Shown piece after piece: positions 26,238 through 35,318 of a stretch of 64,000 bases of DNA (within the stretch, counting starts at the first letter, position 1; every line of letters starts with the position of its first letter). The notes below the pieces were generated by a model that was not told the origin of the DNA, did no database searches, and saw only the letters and a list, made by a program, of their open reading frames with translations. The translations under genes and the position numbers were made by a program. This DNA comes from Ostreococcus lucimarinus (taxonomy: Eukaryota): assembly GCA_000092065.1 (NCBI GenBank), contig CP000597.1. One strand, 5' to 3'.

Positions 26238-26930
26238 ATGTCGGCGTCGCCGCGATTGAGCGCGGTGCGGCTCGCGGCGAGCGTCGAGGCGCGCATCGAC
26301 GAGACGCGCGAATCGATCGAACACGTGCGAATCGCGTGCGAAGCGGCGACGGAGGCGGCGCGGATCGCCGAACGGGACGCGAGAGGGTCGTCGAAGGCGC
26401 TGCGAGCGAAGGTGGAGGCGCTGTGCGAGCTGAAGCGGGAGAAGCTGGCGCGGGTGGACGCGCTGGAGGCGCTGCGGCGAGAGTACGAGTGCGCGGCGAC
26501 GACGGAGTTTAATTTTGAGGAATACCTGACGAAGAAGACGAAACATTACGCGAGTAAGCGTCGACAAGAGTTGGAATACTTGATAGCGTTCGATGAGGCG
26601 GTGCGGGGGGTGGATGGGGACGATTTGGACGCGGATTTGGTGTTGGACGAAGAAGACGGGACGGCGGGGGCGAGAAACGCGAAGTGTCCGCTGACGGCGA
26701 AACGGATCGAGGCGATCGATGAGCCGGTGGAGGATAAGATGGGATTCATCTACGAGAAGGACGCGATCATGAGGTACATCGGGTCGAAAAAATCGGTGGA
26801 TTGCCCAGAGGCGGGGACGAGGCACAAGGTGAGTAAGGCGGATCTCAAGCCTTCGCGGACGGCGCTCAAGATGAAACAAAGAGCCGAGGGACTGGACGAG
26901 GACGATTCCGGGCAGTTACTGTCGCCGTGA
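26238..26930 (+). CDS. NSE2: NSE2/MMS21-like SP-RING protein (SMC5/6 SUMO ligase family) with degenerate zinc ligands
   Basis: ATG at 26238. N-terminal coiled coil. SP-RING-like KCPLTAKRIEAIDEPVEDKMGFIYEKDAIMRYIGSKKSVDCPEAGTRHKV at about 26681-26831, compared with human [30 protein letters not shown]...CPQIGCSH. Confidence 0.6.
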   Translation: MSASPRLSAVRLAASVEARIDETRESIEHVRIACEAATEAARIAERDARGSSKALRAKVEALCELKREKLARVDALEALRREYECAATTEFNFEEYLTKKTKHYASKRRQELEYLIAFDEAVRGVDGDDLDADLVLDEEDGTAGARNAKCPLTAKRIEAIDEPVEDKMGFIYEKDAIMRYIGSKKSVDCPEAGTRHKVSKADLKPSRTALKMKQRAEGLDEDDSGQLLSP

Positions 26931-27048
26931 GCGAGCGCGCGAGCGAGCGAGCACGAAACGATGTACGACCGATCGCGCGACCACATAGGAGAGGAAAAAT
27001 ATGTTATTAGATGTGATTATTACCGAGAACAGAAAAATTCACGCCCCA

Positions 27049-28773
27049 CTAATAAAGACCGATCACCTTCCACCAAAGACCGCCGAAGACGAGCCAGATG
27101 AGAACGTTGGCGACGCCACAGATGGCGCCGATGCGGAAGTAATCCTTAAGCTCGACGAAGCCGGCGCCGAAGTAGCACGCGGATTGCCCCGAGGCGTAGT
27201 GCGTGATGCCGCCGAAGAGGTTGGTGTGGAAAGCCATGGTGAGGCCGACCAATATGGGCGGCGCGCCGGCAGCCATCATCATCGCCATGAACGCCGTGGA
27301 AAGCGCGGCGACTTGCGCGGTTTGAGACGCGAACAAGTAGTGAATGGAAAAGTAGCAACCGTGGAGCAAAAGCATGACTTGCGGCCACGCCAAGTTGGCC
27401 GCCGTCAATGCGCCGGCGACGGTGGTGGAGAGATAATCGATGAAACCCAGGGCGTTGAGCTGACCAGACATACCGATCAAGACGGCGAACCACAACAACG
27501 TATCCCAAGCGCCCTTTTCGTTCAAGCACTCGGCCCAGGAAATGACGCCGGAGATGAGTTGAAGGGACATCCCGAACATGGCGGCGACGACGGGCGCGAT
27601 GCCAAAGGGTTGGAAAATCCACATGAACACCGTGATGCTCATCGTAGCGACGACCATGAGCTCATCTTGAGACAAAGGACCGAGTTCTTTCAGCTTTGCC
27701 GCCGCCTCCGCGGGAGCGTCGGGCGTGCTTTGCACCTCCGGTGGGTACAACTTGTACACCAAGAGCGGGGTGACGAGCAAACCGATGATCGCCGGGACGC
27801 ACGCCGCCTTGAACCACGTGATCCACGGCGAAGCGACGATGATGCCGAGAGAAGCCGCGAGCTTGAGACTCAACAAGTTTTGAGCCGCCGCGGTCATGCA
27901 CATCGCGCTCGAGTGTCCGCTCGATTGCAGTTGCGTTTGCACCAAAAACGCCCCGAGCTTGCGCGACGTCGGCCCCGGCTCTGACCCCGCCTGCTTGGCG
28001 AGGGACGTGATGATGGGCAAGTACACCCCACCCGCGCGCGCCGTCGTGGACGGCATCGCGGGCGCGAGCAAAGCCTCAGAGATGGTCAGACCGTAAGACA
28101 GACCGAGCGTAGACTTGCCGAGCGCGCGCACGAACATCGTCGCCACGCGGTCGCCCAACCCCGTGCGCACGAAACCGCGCGCGAAGAAGAACGCGAGCAC
28201 GATGAGCCAAATCACATCATTCGTCATCGCTCCGAACGCCGCTTGAAAGCTCAGCGTCTTCGTCACCACCGCCGTGGTCAACCCGACGAACGCCCACGCC
28301 CCCACCGGCAACGGCCCCAACACGAGCCCGCAAATCGTCGACAAAAAAATGCTCAACAGCGCCCACGCCTGCGGCACGACCGCCTCCGGTCGCGGCACAA
28401 TAAAGTTCACCACCAACCCCACGCCCACGGACGCGGCGAGCGGGACCAAATTCGCTCCCTTCCACACGAACGGCGTCGCCGCCGCGCTCGCGTTCGCCGC
28501 GCGCGCCGCGCCCGCGACCACCGCCTCTCGCCGTCGCGCTCGCGTCGCGCCCGCCGCGCCTCGCGCGCTCGCGCACGTCGCACACGCGCACGCGCGCGCG
28601 TGCGCGTCTCCGCGCGTCGTCGGCAGCGCCATCGTCGTCGCCGTCGTCGTCGTTCGCGCGCGTCGTCCCGTCGTCGTCGTCGTCGTTCGCGCGCGTCGTC
28701 CCTTCGTCGCGCCGTCGCGCGCGCGCGCGTCGACGCGCGCGCCGATCGCTCTCGCGCTCATCACCGCGCGCAT
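27049..28773 (-). CDS. DiT: Plastidic 2-oxoglutarate/malate (dicarboxylate) translocator, DASS/DiT family
   Basis: ATG at 28773 (MRAVMSARAIG, Thr/Arg-rich transit-like leader). About 12 TM segments with DiT-type conserved blocks: FARGFVRTGLGDRVA, APAMPSTTARAGGVYLPII, HTNLFGGITHYASGQSA. The upstream part of ORF 27049..29352 is Arg-rich noise. Confidence 0.9.
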   Translation of the reverse strand: MRAVMSARAIGARVDARARDGATKGRRARTTTTTTGRRARTTTTATTMALPTTRGDAHARACACATCASARGAAGATRARRREAVVAGAARAANASAAATPFVWKGANLVPLAASVGVGLVVNFIVPRPEAVVPQAWALLSIFLSTICGLVLGPLPVGAWAFVGLTTAVVTKTLSFQAAFGAMTNDVIWLIVLAFFFARGFVRTGLGDRVATMFVRALGKSTLGLSYGLTISEALLAPAMPSTTARAGGVYLPIITSLAKQAGSEPGPTSRKLGAFLVQTQLQSSGHSSAMCMTAAAQNLLSLKLAASLGIIVASPWITWFKAACVPAIIGLLVTPLLVYKLYPPEVQSTPDAPAEAAAKLKELGPLSQDELMVVATMSITVFMWIFQPFGIAPVVAAMFGMSLQLISGVISWAECLNEKGAWDTLLWFAVLIGMSGQLNALGFIDYLSTTVAGALTAANLAWPQVMLLLHGCYFSIHYLFASQTAQVAALSTAFMAMMMAAGAPPILVGLTMAFHTNLFGGITHYASGQSACYFGAGFVELKDYFRIGAICGVANVLIWLVFGGLWWKVIGLY

Positions 28774-29022
28774 CGTTCGCGTCGAGCGTCGCGCGCGCGC
28801 GTGTGCGGCGTCGCGCGCGTCGAGGTCGTTAGGGCAAATCGAGGCCCCCTCGGAGATAAATGCCGGGAATCGCGTATTCGACGCGTTCGAACGCCGTGTA
28901 TATATATCCGAATGTCCGAATTCATACATCACCGCGCACTGAATGCCCACACGAAGGCGCGCCGACGTCGCCCGCCCCCGCGCCGCGCGCGCGCGCGTCG
29001 CCACACGTCGACGCCCGTCGAC

Positions 29023-29238
29023 ATGTTCACGCTCGCGACGCGCCCGACGACGACGCGCGCGACGCGCGTCCCGACCGCGAGCCGACGCCGCTCGACCGCC
29101 GTCGCGCTGACGATGCGCGCGTCGACGACGCCGAACGCGCTCGCGCTCGGCGACACGCCGCGCCGAGTCGCGCTGCAGCGCCGACGGATGACGACGACGA
29201 CGGCGGCGGCGCCGCGAGGCGTCGTCGCGGCGACGGAG
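29023..29238 (+). CDS. Putative first exon (transit peptide) of the organellar uL22 gene
   Basis: The uL22 ORF starts right after an in-frame TAG that doubles as a 3' splice site (ttttaccgcgcgtag|GTT). ATG at 29023 through donor GAG|GTGCGC at 29239 is phase 0. TACTGAC at 29614-29620 lies 28 nt before the acceptor. The exon encodes a Thr/Arg/Ala-rich leader. Confidence 0.45.
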
Positions 29239-29647
29239 GTGCGCGCGCGCGAGCGATGCGATCGACAAAAATTTGCGCGAGCGATCGGGGAGGCGCGGGA
29301 GGCGCGGAGACGCGCGCGGCGCGCGGGGGGGGGCGAGACGACGCGCGAACAAACCCTGGATGGGGTTTCGAGGCGTCGCGCGCGATGGCGCGATGGCGCG
29401 GTGACGCGCGCGGGGGGGGCGACGCGGACGCGCGCGCGCGGTGGAGAAGAAACGAGCGCATCGCGCGGGCGATGCGGGGGACGACGCGCGCGCGAGGAAG
29501 GGGTGGGAGGCGCGAGAGAACGAGAAGGCGATAGGGTTGGCGCTCGGCGGCGAGGACGGCGAGGACGCGGGCGCGAGGGGCGCGCGCGCGATGGACGCGC
29601 GTGGGATATGGAGTACTGACGATGTGTTGATGTTTTACCGCGCGTAG

Positions 29648-30001
29648 GTTGAAGCCGAGAAGAAGGAGGCGGTGTGCTACTTGCGAGGCGTGCGCATGTC
29701 GGCGTCGAAGATTCGTCGCGTGTTGGACGTCATTCGCGGGAAGAGCTACGAGGAGTGCTTGATCATGCTTGAATTCATGCCGTACCGCTCGTGCGAACCG
29801 ATTCTTAACGCGCTGTTCTCTTGCGCGTCGAACGCGAAGAACAACATGGGGATGAACAAGGCGAAGCTGTACGTCTCGGAGTGCTACGCGGACGGCGGGG
29901 CGACGATGAAGCGTTTCCGCCCGCGCGCGCAAGGGCGTCCGTTCTCCATCCGTAAGCGCACGGCGAGCATCACGCTTAAGATGGCTGAGCGTGAAGATTG
30001 A
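29648..30001 (+). CDS. Organellar ribosomal protein uL22, main exon
   Basis: YLRGVRMSASKIRRVLDVIRGKSYEECLIMLEFMPYRSCEPI...RFRPRAQGRPFSIRKRTASITL matches plastid/bacterial uL22 (.RMS..KARRV.D.IRG.SY.EAL..L...P.RA...PRA.GR...I.K.T.HIT). Confidence 0.85.
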   Translation, partial: VEAEKKEAVCYLRGVRMSASKIRRVLDVIRGKSYEECLIMLEFMPYRSCEPILNALFSCASNAKNNMGMNKAKLYVSECYADGGATMKRFRPRAQGRPFSIRKRTASITLKMAERED

Positions 30002-30304
30002 GCGAACACACATTTATTTGGCATGAGACGTTAGTAGGCTTAGCAACGAACACACCTTAAAATCCGCGAGCGCGCTCGCGTTGTAACGCACGACGCGCGT
30101 TCATTGAATCGATCGAACGAATCACCGAATCGCCGCACCTCCGACGCCATCGCCCGAGCACGCTTCCGCGCGCGCAACCGTCTACATATTTCATTACATC
30201 ACGACGCCGCGCGACGCGCTCGCGCGCCGACGACGCGTCCTCGCCCGCGCCGCTCCGTCGCGTCGCGTCGATCGCCGCCCGACGTCCCGGCGCCGTCCTC
30301 GCGC

Positions 30305-30475
30305 CTACCGCGCGCCCTTCGCCTTGGCCTCGCGTCGCTCGATCGCGACGTCCATCTCGTCCTTTCGCACCTTCATCACGGTGTACCAGTACGCCGCCCC
30401 GCAAAACGTCAACAGCGCCCCCGCGATCGCGGCGTTCCCCGTCGCGCGCGCCGCGTGTCGCTCGCTGAACGCCAT
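30305..30475 (-). CDS. Small single-pass membrane protein (56 aa), hypothetical
   Basis: ATG at 30475 within ORF 30305..30808. MAFSERHAARATGNAAIAGALLTFCGAAYWYTVMKVRKDEMD... has one clear TM segment. The upstream part of the ORF is Arg-rich noise. Confidence 0.3.
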   Translation of the reverse strand: MAFSERHAARATGNAAIAGALLTFCGAAYWYTVMKVRKDEMDVAIERREAKAKGAR

Positions 30476-31239
30476 CTCGCGCGCGCGCGTCGAGCGATGC
30501 TTCGCGCGTGTCGACGCGCCGCGCGCCGCGGACGCCGTCGCGCGACGCGAGCGACCGTCGCGCGCGTGGGAGTGGCGCGAACCGGGCTTCGTTCGTCGGA
30601 CGGCGAACGTCAGTCGTCGTCGCGCGGCGCGACGCGCGGCGCGACGCGCGGAGGCGATCGTTCGACGCGAAAAAATGTTTCGGTGCGTTCGACGCGCGCG
30701 AGGGCGCGTCGAGGACGTCGCGCGAGGTGGACGAGGGGTGAATGCGGCGACGCGCGAACGCATCCGCGCCGCCGGACGACGCGCGAATGAACGGCGTGAC
30801 GACCACACATGCCGCCCCAGTCAGACGACGTTTCGGCGTACGTGGTGATTGGTTTAAGTATACAGTCATGCACGCATGATCGGACCGTTCGTTCGCGACG
30901 TCGGCGCGGAAGGGGCGCGAGGATGGAGAGGTGGAGATGGAGGCGGCGACGACGCGGCGGCGCGGCGGCGCGGCGCGTTTTTCGTTCGTTCGTTCGTTCG
31001 TCATCTGAGCTCGGGAACGCGCGATGCGCGTCGTGAAGAATCGCGAGGAAGATCGAACGCTATTAACCCAGCTCGCTTTGAGCCTCGGCTTTGAAGAGAC
31101 TTGTTCCAAACTACACGACAATTGTCTGAGCGAAATTCGCGCCGACCCGCGCGCGGGAACGAGGAAGATGACGAACGGACGAATGAATGCATCGATGAAC
31201 GCGGGAGATGAGACGGGATGAAGTTTGTTTGTTTCGCGC

Positions 31240-33050
31240 ACTGACGTTGGATTCGGTCGTCGCGAATTCGCGAAATCGCAGAGAACGAACGCGCTCGGAG
31301 ACGCAGAGGCGGGTGGACGTTTGTTTGGTTAAATGAGGTGCGTCTCGGACGTTCTTGTGTTTTCTCTCTTCTTCGCCGAAAAGCGAATCGTTACGGAAAT
31401 GAGGACCTCTCTTTCCCCAATTGATCGAAGATGAAAAGCATATAGAAGGCCGGTGCCACCGGCTATACTTGCCAGTATTATCTGATCCGTCAACGATTCG
31501 CCGAACGCATTCGGCGAAGAATGGTTTTTCTTTTTTCTGTGACCGAACGAGGGACGACGCGGACGACGACGCGGGCGCGACGAGCGCGCCCAAAGATTCT
31601 CTGGGGCGTCGCGCGAGTGGAGATGAGGAAATTGATGGTCCGTGTTTACGAATTACGGTGATGAGACAACAAACATCGGGTGTGACAACCCAGTTCCGAT
31701 CTGTTTACGTTCTCGAAGGCCCCCATTGGTCGATGCGTCGTCATCGTCGTCCACGTTATTCGCGTTTTCACATCACTCGTTTGTTTGCTTCGCTAAGTTG
31801 GGCACTTTACTCCGTCAGTGTTTCTTTGCCCCGTTCCCTAGAAGCTAGAACGATAGGTCGGCCCGTTGAATCGAAGCTTCGGGTTCGGTCGCGCAACTGG
31901 TTTCTCGCTATGTTTATTCGCTGCTTACCGCGGGTAAATACATTGAGGCCAGACATCTATCGATGCATTTACGATGACCATTTCGTCGCGCGGGATCGCC
32001 GAGTGGTTTGCGGGCTGTTACTTCAGGCAGCCGGGCGTGGAATCCCATCCATGTTTGGCGTTAATCAGCCCGTAAAGTAACGAGCTCGCATTCTGAGCGG
32101 CCGCGGGGAAGTTACTTACTATCTCGGCCCCGATGCAGTTTGCTCTGGAAACCGGGCTTACACCTACTTCTGCCTTACCTCTGTTTTCGAATCTCTCATC
32201 TCGCGCGTTTTCTCGGTCACTCACCGAGTTGTTTAATTTTCCCATCGCAGAAATCGCTAGCGTCGAGCTTTCCAAGACGACGCGAGCGTACACGGGTAGA
32301 AGTTTTATAGGTGCGTGCATCGTCGAACGGCGCGAATGTTTCGTTTATTTTCTATGGATGCGCGTCATGGCGAGAGTGATGAAATGGTGATGATTGCGAT
32401 GATTATAACCTCGAGGCTGTTTGTTAGAAGGCCATGTGCCTGTGCGCTCAATCACTTCAAAAACGACTTCTCCTTTCGCTGAGCAATCATCACTTCAATG
32501 TTAAGAACTCTCGTCGGCACAGCCGATGATGCAGCAATTTCGTGTGCAGCGCAGTACGTCGTCGGGGAATCTGGATTTCCAGGCGAACCTTCCTCGATCG
32601 CGGCGTATGAGAATCCGTTCTCGGCTTGGCACAAATCGCGCGGTTACGCCGCTGTCTGAGGCTTGTCGCTGACCATCTTTTTTCTTTACTCGTGGCGAAC
32701 AAATTTCACCATACTGACCCCGATCGTTTGGGTTTGCGCTCCACTCAGTACACATAGGATATAGACGGTTAGATGCATAGATGATTAGAGATTTGGTTAC
32801 GACTCGAGCGCGAACGACTTCGCGAGCGGCGCAAGGACATGACGAAATACCATTGTTTCACGACGGTCTTCTGATGCCTCGGTTTTGATGACTTGCATGG
32901 TGCTAGTACTCCGATCCTTTCTGTCGCTCGCACGTCGTTCGTACGACGAATCATTAGCGCGCGCGCGCACCGTTTGTAAAAATAACGTCGCGCACAAAAA
33001 AACTTGTCTGGCAATTTAGCGCAAAGCCGCGTCTCGTGTTACAAAAAAAC
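31240..33050. other. About 1.8-kb ORF-poor island with about 50% GC (unassigned: intron-rich or decayed gene, or non-coding RNA locus)
   Basis: Hand counts on sampled 60-nt lines gave 47-55% GC, against 70-80% in other spacers of this window. The only long ORF is 31421..32080 (+), which has a non-ATG start, atypical codon use and no recognisable family. This is the largest stretch of the window without a convincing gene. Confidence 0.4.
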
Positions 33051-33053
33051 TAA

Positions 33054-33668
33054 TCAAGGACACATCAAACTCAGCGCCGTGATGTTCCCAGTCACCGGAT
33101 TCTCCCCATCAGCCACCTTACACAGTCCCGTCAGCACATCCTTTCGCACGATCACATCCGACCAGTCACTATTCGTAAGCTTCACCTCGTCCAACTGCGC
33201 GCTGCTCACGATGGCGCCGCTAAGAATCGCGTTCGTGAAATCCGCTCCCGTCAGGTTCGCCTGCCCCAGGTTTGCGTTGCTCAAATTCGCGTTCACAAAC
33301 GTCGCGTTGGATAAATCCGCCCCGAACAGCGTGATTCCGGTCAAATTCGCGTCGTTGAAGTTCGCGCGCTTGAGCGACCCCTTCGTGAAGTACTCGCCGG
33401 TGCCCTCGAAGTTCTTCCCGCTGTAGTCGTACCCATCGCACGAGTTCGTCGCGCACTCGCTCGTCTGCGGGATCGCCAGCGCGACGGGCGCCGCGGACGC
33501 GCTCATCGCGAGCGCGGCGAGCGCGGCGACGAGCGCGGGCGCGGCGTCGGACCGCGGTGACGTCGTCGGGACGGCGCGCGGCGGGACAGCGCGCGCGCGC
33601 GGCGCGGTGACGCGGTGCGCGGGCGCGCGGGCGATGGGAGCGAACGTCGTCGTCGCGGTGGCGCGCAT
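33054..33668 (-). CDS. Thylakoid-lumen-type pentapeptide-repeat protein (TL15-like)
   Basis: ATG at 33668. Bipartite transit-like leader ending in a hydrophobic segment ALVAALAALAMSASAAPVALA. Pentapeptide run ANFNDANLTGITLFGADLSNATFVNANLSNANLGQANLTGADFTNAILSGA. Confidence 0.8.
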   Translation of the reverse strand: MRATATTTFAPIARAPAHRVTAPRARAVPPRAVPTTSPRSDAAPALVAALAALAMSASAAPVALAIPQTSECATNSCDGYDYSGKNFEGTGEYFTKGSLKRANFNDANLTGITLFGADLSNATFVNANLSNANLGQANLTGADFTNAILSGAIVSSAQLDEVKLTNSDWSDVIVRKDVLTGLCKVADGENPVTGNITALSLMCP

Positions 33669-33746
33669 TCGGCGAGCGTGGGGCGGTGCGCGCGGAGATG
33701 TGAGGTGGTTTAAAGAATCGGTGAGTTGGAGTAAAAAATGCAAGCG

Positions 33747-35132
33747 TCAACGTCGCCGCTTGACGCCGTGGATGATGGAGGCGTACAAATCGAACTGAAA
33801 GCTCGCGGCGACGTCGTCAGCGAATGGATAAGGCGCACCACAGCGGTACGCGGCGACGAGACCGGAAATGATGGCGATCTCGTGCGTGTTGACCGAAGTG
33901 TACGAGCCGGCGTAGAGCGTACGACGCTTGTTTTGGACGAAACGCCAAAAAGGTACGGCGCGCGTGAAATGCCGAACCGTGTGGCCGAATTGTCGCCACC
34001 ACTTGACGAGTAAAACGCGATTTGGGTCGATTTCGTCGCGAGTCCATCGCGATTTGTCTTTTGCGGCGTTCAAGAAGATGGATTGATACACTCGCTCGCC
34101 GTTCGCGCCCTTGGCGAACGGTTGGTACGCCGTCAGGTCGAAGCTCATCTCGCACAGCGACGGATCATCGTCGTAAGATTTGATAAAGTACATATCGCGC
34201 ACGTCTTCCGCGACTTCGTAGTGCTTCTTCATGTAAGCCTCATCGGAATGCGTGACGGAGACGTCGTCAAAGTACTCGATGTTGTTGAAAATGTGGCGCT
34301 CCATCATCGACGTCCCCGTGCCCGCATCGAGCATCGCCTTCGACTGCTCGGTGTTACACGCGAAAATCACGCGATCGCACTCTCGCACCTCGATCGCCCC
34401 TTCGGCGTTTTCAAAGTGCACTCGAACGCACTTTTTCTCGCGCTCAACCTTGACCACGCGCGCGTTCAACGTCACCCGACCCCCGTGACTCGTTATGTCC
34501 TCCCCGATCCGACGATACATCTCCGAAAACTTTGGAAACGCAAACATTTTCGGCGCTTCGCTCATAAACCGCACGGGATCGTAATCATACAACCGCAATC
34601 GATCATCGTTGAACACGCGCGCGAGCACGATGCTGCTCACCTTGCGCGTGCAGTTCCCCGTCCCAAAAAACAACGCCGTCGTCGCGTACACCATCCGATC
34701 CCGAAACGCCTTCGAGTGTCCGTGCCATCGCAGCGCTCGCTCCACGCTCACGAACGCGTACAGCGCCTCGAACCGTTTTATGCGTTTCAGCGTCTTTTCA
34801 AACCTCGCGATGTCGTCTCGCAGCGCTCGCGTCAGCGCCGTCGCCTCCCCGTGATTCCGCCAGTGCGCCTCTCCTCGCCCGAAGCTCACTCGGACGTCCA
34901 CCCAATGCGGCGTCTCCGTCCCGCACGCCTCCATGATCGCTCGCGCGTTCGCGTAGCTCGTCGCGCCGCCCTGCACGCCGTCGTTGATGGTCGTCCCGCC
35001 CACGACCTCGCTCGTCGCGACGCCGCCGAGCGCGTCGCCGCGCTCGAGCGTCTCCACGTCCGCGCCCGCGCGCGCGAGCGCGAACGACGCCGCGCACCCG
35101 GCCGCGCCGCCGCCGACGACGACGACGCGCAT
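33747..35132 (-). CDS. FAD/NAD(P)-binding oxidoreductase (amine-oxidase-fold family)
   Basis: ATG at 35132. N-terminal Rossmann dinucleotide motif MRVVVVGGGAAGCAASFALARAGADVETLERGDALGG. 461 aa of non-repetitive sequence. Confidence 0.75.
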   Translation of the reverse strand: MRVVVVGGGAAGCAASFALARAGADVETLERGDALGGVATSEVVGGTTINDGVQGGATSYANARAIMEACGTETPHWVDVRVSFGRGEAHWRNHGEATALTRALRDDIARFEKTLKRIKRFEALYAFVSVERALRWHGHSKAFRDRMVYATTALFFGTGNCTRKVSSIVLARVFNDDRLRLYDYDPVRFMSEAPKMFAFPKFSEMYRRIGEDITSHGGRVTLNARVVKVEREKKCVRVHFENAEGAIEVRECDRVIFACNTEQSKAMLDAGTGTSMMERHIFNNIEYFDDVSVTHSDEAYMKKHYEVAEDVRDMYFIKSYDDDPSLCEMSFDLTAYQPFAKGANGERVYQSIFLNAAKDKSRWTRDEIDPNRVLLVKWWRQFGHTVRHFTRAVPFWRFVQNKRRTLYAGSYTSVNTHEIAIISGLVAAYRCGAPYPFADDVAASFQFDLYASIIHGVKRRR

Positions 35133-35318
35133 CGCGCGCGTCGCTCGCGCGTCGGCGTGTCCCGACGGTTCGCGTCGCGTGACGTCACCCCGCACACGAC
35201 GACGCGCGCGCGCGCGCGCGATCGCGCGCGCGCGACGGCGGCGAGGCGCGCGCGACCGACGCGCGGCGACCGACGCGCGGCGAACGCGCGCGACGCGACG
35301 CGCGCGCGAGCGAGAGAG

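Noticed and set aside
28774-29352. The upstream 193 codons of ORF 27049..29352 (DiT gene)
   Set aside because: It is an Arg-rich extension with no similarity to DiT proteins. The ATG at 28773 gives a protein of typical DiT precursor length (574 aa). The region is better explained as the shared promoter plus uL22 exon 1 on the other strand.
31421-32080. A 219-codon ORF in the low-GC island considered as a protein-coding gene
   Set aside because: I did not annotate it as a CDS. The track start is TTG and the first in-frame ATG is 80 codons in. Codon usage is unlike neighbouring genes and I recognise no motif. It also spans the hairpin/T-tract structure. It is kept as part of the unexplained-island finding instead.
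34083-35318. The 5' extension of the PUS1 ORF (track ORF 34083..36767, 894 aa)
   Set aside because: The first 412 codons are antisense to the FAD-oxidoreductase gene and are Arg-rich noise. The conserved TruA/PUS1 sequence begins after the ATG at 35319.
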